A stretch of DNA of 64,000 nt, taken from assembly GCA_002269645.1 (NCBI GenBank), contig NIVC01000139.1, positions 179,591 to 243,590 of the forward strand, given 5' to 3'. Made by a program: the position numbers and the translations under genes. This document shows positions 62,001 through 64,000 of this stretch, one piece after another (positions within the stretch are counted from its first letter, which is position 1; each line of letters starts with the position of its first letter). A model generated the notes under the pieces. The model had not been told where the DNA came from and ran no database searches. It worked only from the letters and a program-made list of their open reading frames with translations. This DNA comes from Macrostomum lignano (Eukaryota).

Positions 62001-64000
62001 ATTGTCAAATCAAGATGTACAGCCAAAATGCATATAGATTGGCTAATAAATTCCTATCTGGCCACTGCGTTCGACGATAAAAATCGTCTTTATTACATTT
62101 TTCACCAGTTCAAAGTGCTGCTTTCTCTTACGAGCTGCCTATCTGGGTCAAAACATTTAACAAAGGAAACCTGCAAGCCTGAGAACTTTTACTAGTTAAT
62201 TAATTACGCTACCCAATTCTAGGCGCGCGCTAGTGTCCCGACTTCAAAGGGCAATGAAACTGCTGCCAGCACCAAGGGACCTGGATGAGCAATCGTGCAA
62301 TCCCCTAATTGTTATGGGCAAGCCGTGCAATTGCATAGAATGGGAAGGGTTCAAGTATTGGAGCCACTCCCTGAATCATGGCGGCATTAAAGCCATACAA
62401 AAGTGTGGTGGGACCTCGGCGGAAGTCCGCCAATCAGGCGAGAAATCAAGATTCAGTCCATCGAAGCAAGGGATGTAGCAGCGGACCGTTTCTAGTCTGT
62501 CTGAGGCAAACAGTATCGATTATCAGTTGCGAGGCAGAGAATGGCTGATGGAGGCACTGCCATTGCGATCCGTTCCTGCCTGCTGCCCAGAGCCAGTTGG
62601 TTGCTACGAGCCGTAGGGCAGCAAACACAGCGGGTGCAGCGCTGCGAATAAATCACAACGAGCGCCTCGGGGAAAACAGGGGTTGTAAATTGGTTCCGCG
62701 CACAAGGCCCTGGTCTAAATATTAGCTCATGCCGATGCTCATTAGACCAGCTTCCTGTTCTGCTGGCTCGCTCACTGCAAACAGCTCTGCAACTCAGACC
62801 GTCTTCATACCAATCAAAGAAGGAGAGAGGAATGCAGTCTCAGCAGTTGTATCGGCTGCAGGATAATTAGAACAAGAAACCCCATCACCCACAGGCCAAA
62901 TAGCTGCTGTCCCTTCATAGAAGCGGCCTTTATGGCCTCTCTCGCCTGGCAGCCAATCGATTTTCTTGCATCTCAAGAAAGGCTGCTAGAAGAGCCCAAC
63001 CACAGCTTGCTGCTCTCGGATCTTATTCGAAAATGACTCGCAGAATCCGGCTCAAAATTGCCTTTTCACATCATAAATTCCAGCCCGTTCATTCAACCTG
63101 CGTTACGAGAGTAGCGAAGCTCAGTCTGACTCACCGAATTCCATTTAGACCGGCGAGCTTGGGCCACCGCTAATCGTTGACAATCGCCGAGAGCTTAACC
63201 TGTATTCCCAATATTTCTCCCCTTTTCTCTGAACAAAATGAAGGAAGAGGCTGGTATAGCGACGAAGCAAAATGGTCAATGTGGTAGACTAGGAGCGCTG
63301 CCTTGAGTCGAGCGCCGCGAACTCTGCTGTGCTCGGTGTCCGATCCTGTGAGCTATCAGCCTGATCGTCTGTTGCTCTATTCGGTCGAGTGTTTGCAGGC
63401 AATTTGCCTGGAAAAGCATTTGAGAAGTGATCGCTCGGAGTAATGGCAGGTGCAGGGAAACGGAAGAGGACAGGATGGGGGAATCACTGAAAGGCCTGCA
63501 GTGAACAGTCAGGCAAATAAACAGGCATTCTTGCATGCCTATCATTGGCCACAGGCAGGGCTTGGCCACTTGGAAGGAAGGAGACTGCCGAGATCTCAAT
63601 CCCAATGACTTCCCCCGCTGCAGACAGTCGGGATGGGGAAGACAGGCAACGAGATGGGAGAATTAAGAGGATCGCAGCAGCCCTGCGTTTGCGTGGCTGA
63701 GCCTCGCATTGTCTGGTCGCAGACGACCCGGGCAGGTCGCTCGCTATGCAGGCTTTCAATCAACGGATTCATCAGGCTGGGCGCGCCTGGAAGGGGATTG
63801 AGGGCTGTGGGTGCAAGATGTGCAGATTTCTGGTGGCTGCAGGACTGGGAAGAAGCCGCACATCTCACGAGTAGAAACAGCGAAATTCGAGGCCTCAGGA
63901 GGTATGAAGCCAAAATACCGCGGGCTGAGCAGGCGGCTATCTCTTCCCGGACCTCGCGATCGCCTTCAATGCATTTCCAAGTTTCTAAAACTCAGCTCAT

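Noticed and set aside
1-64000. tRNA, rRNA, snRNA or spliced-leader RNA genes
   Set aside because: No convincing T-loop/cloverleaf, rRNA or SL/Sm-site pattern was seen by eye. An Infernal/tRNAscan run would be needed to exclude them fully.

Overview
Eukaryotic (invertebrate) genomic DNA. The 34-36 nt introns, intron-poor conserved genes and repeat landscape would fit a flatworm such as Macrostomum, but that is an inference I cannot verify. Six protein-coding genes can be modelled. ARFGEF1/2 (BIG-type Sec7 Arf-GEF, +), PRPF39 (+) and TARDBP/TDP-43 (+) lie in tandem. They are followed by an unrecognised ~249-aa two-TM protein with micro-introns (-), DPH1 (+), and a SYD-1/RhoGAP100F/SYDE-type PDZ-C2-RhoGAP (-). 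Between and inside these genes is a diverse set of mobile DNA. It includes a young RTE-like LINE family (one 5'-truncated copy with TSD, one copy with an internal inversion) and a full-length but decayed LOA/R1-group LINE with an 11-bp TSD, interrupted by a solo LTR. There are also tyrosine-recombinase, Chapaev/Transib-like, mariner, MULE-like and Ginger/GIN-like relics, a MITE, and a Helitron-like element carrying a 1.65-kb polypurine tract. I found no CRISPR array, tRNA, rRNA or SL-RNA gene, and no clearly new multi-gene system. The most interesting hypotheses are a 65-bp tandem array rich in TDP-43-type UGAAUGU motifs just upstream of TARDBP, the micro-intron orphan gene, a twin-priming-like RTE inversion, and a possible trans-spliced operon.
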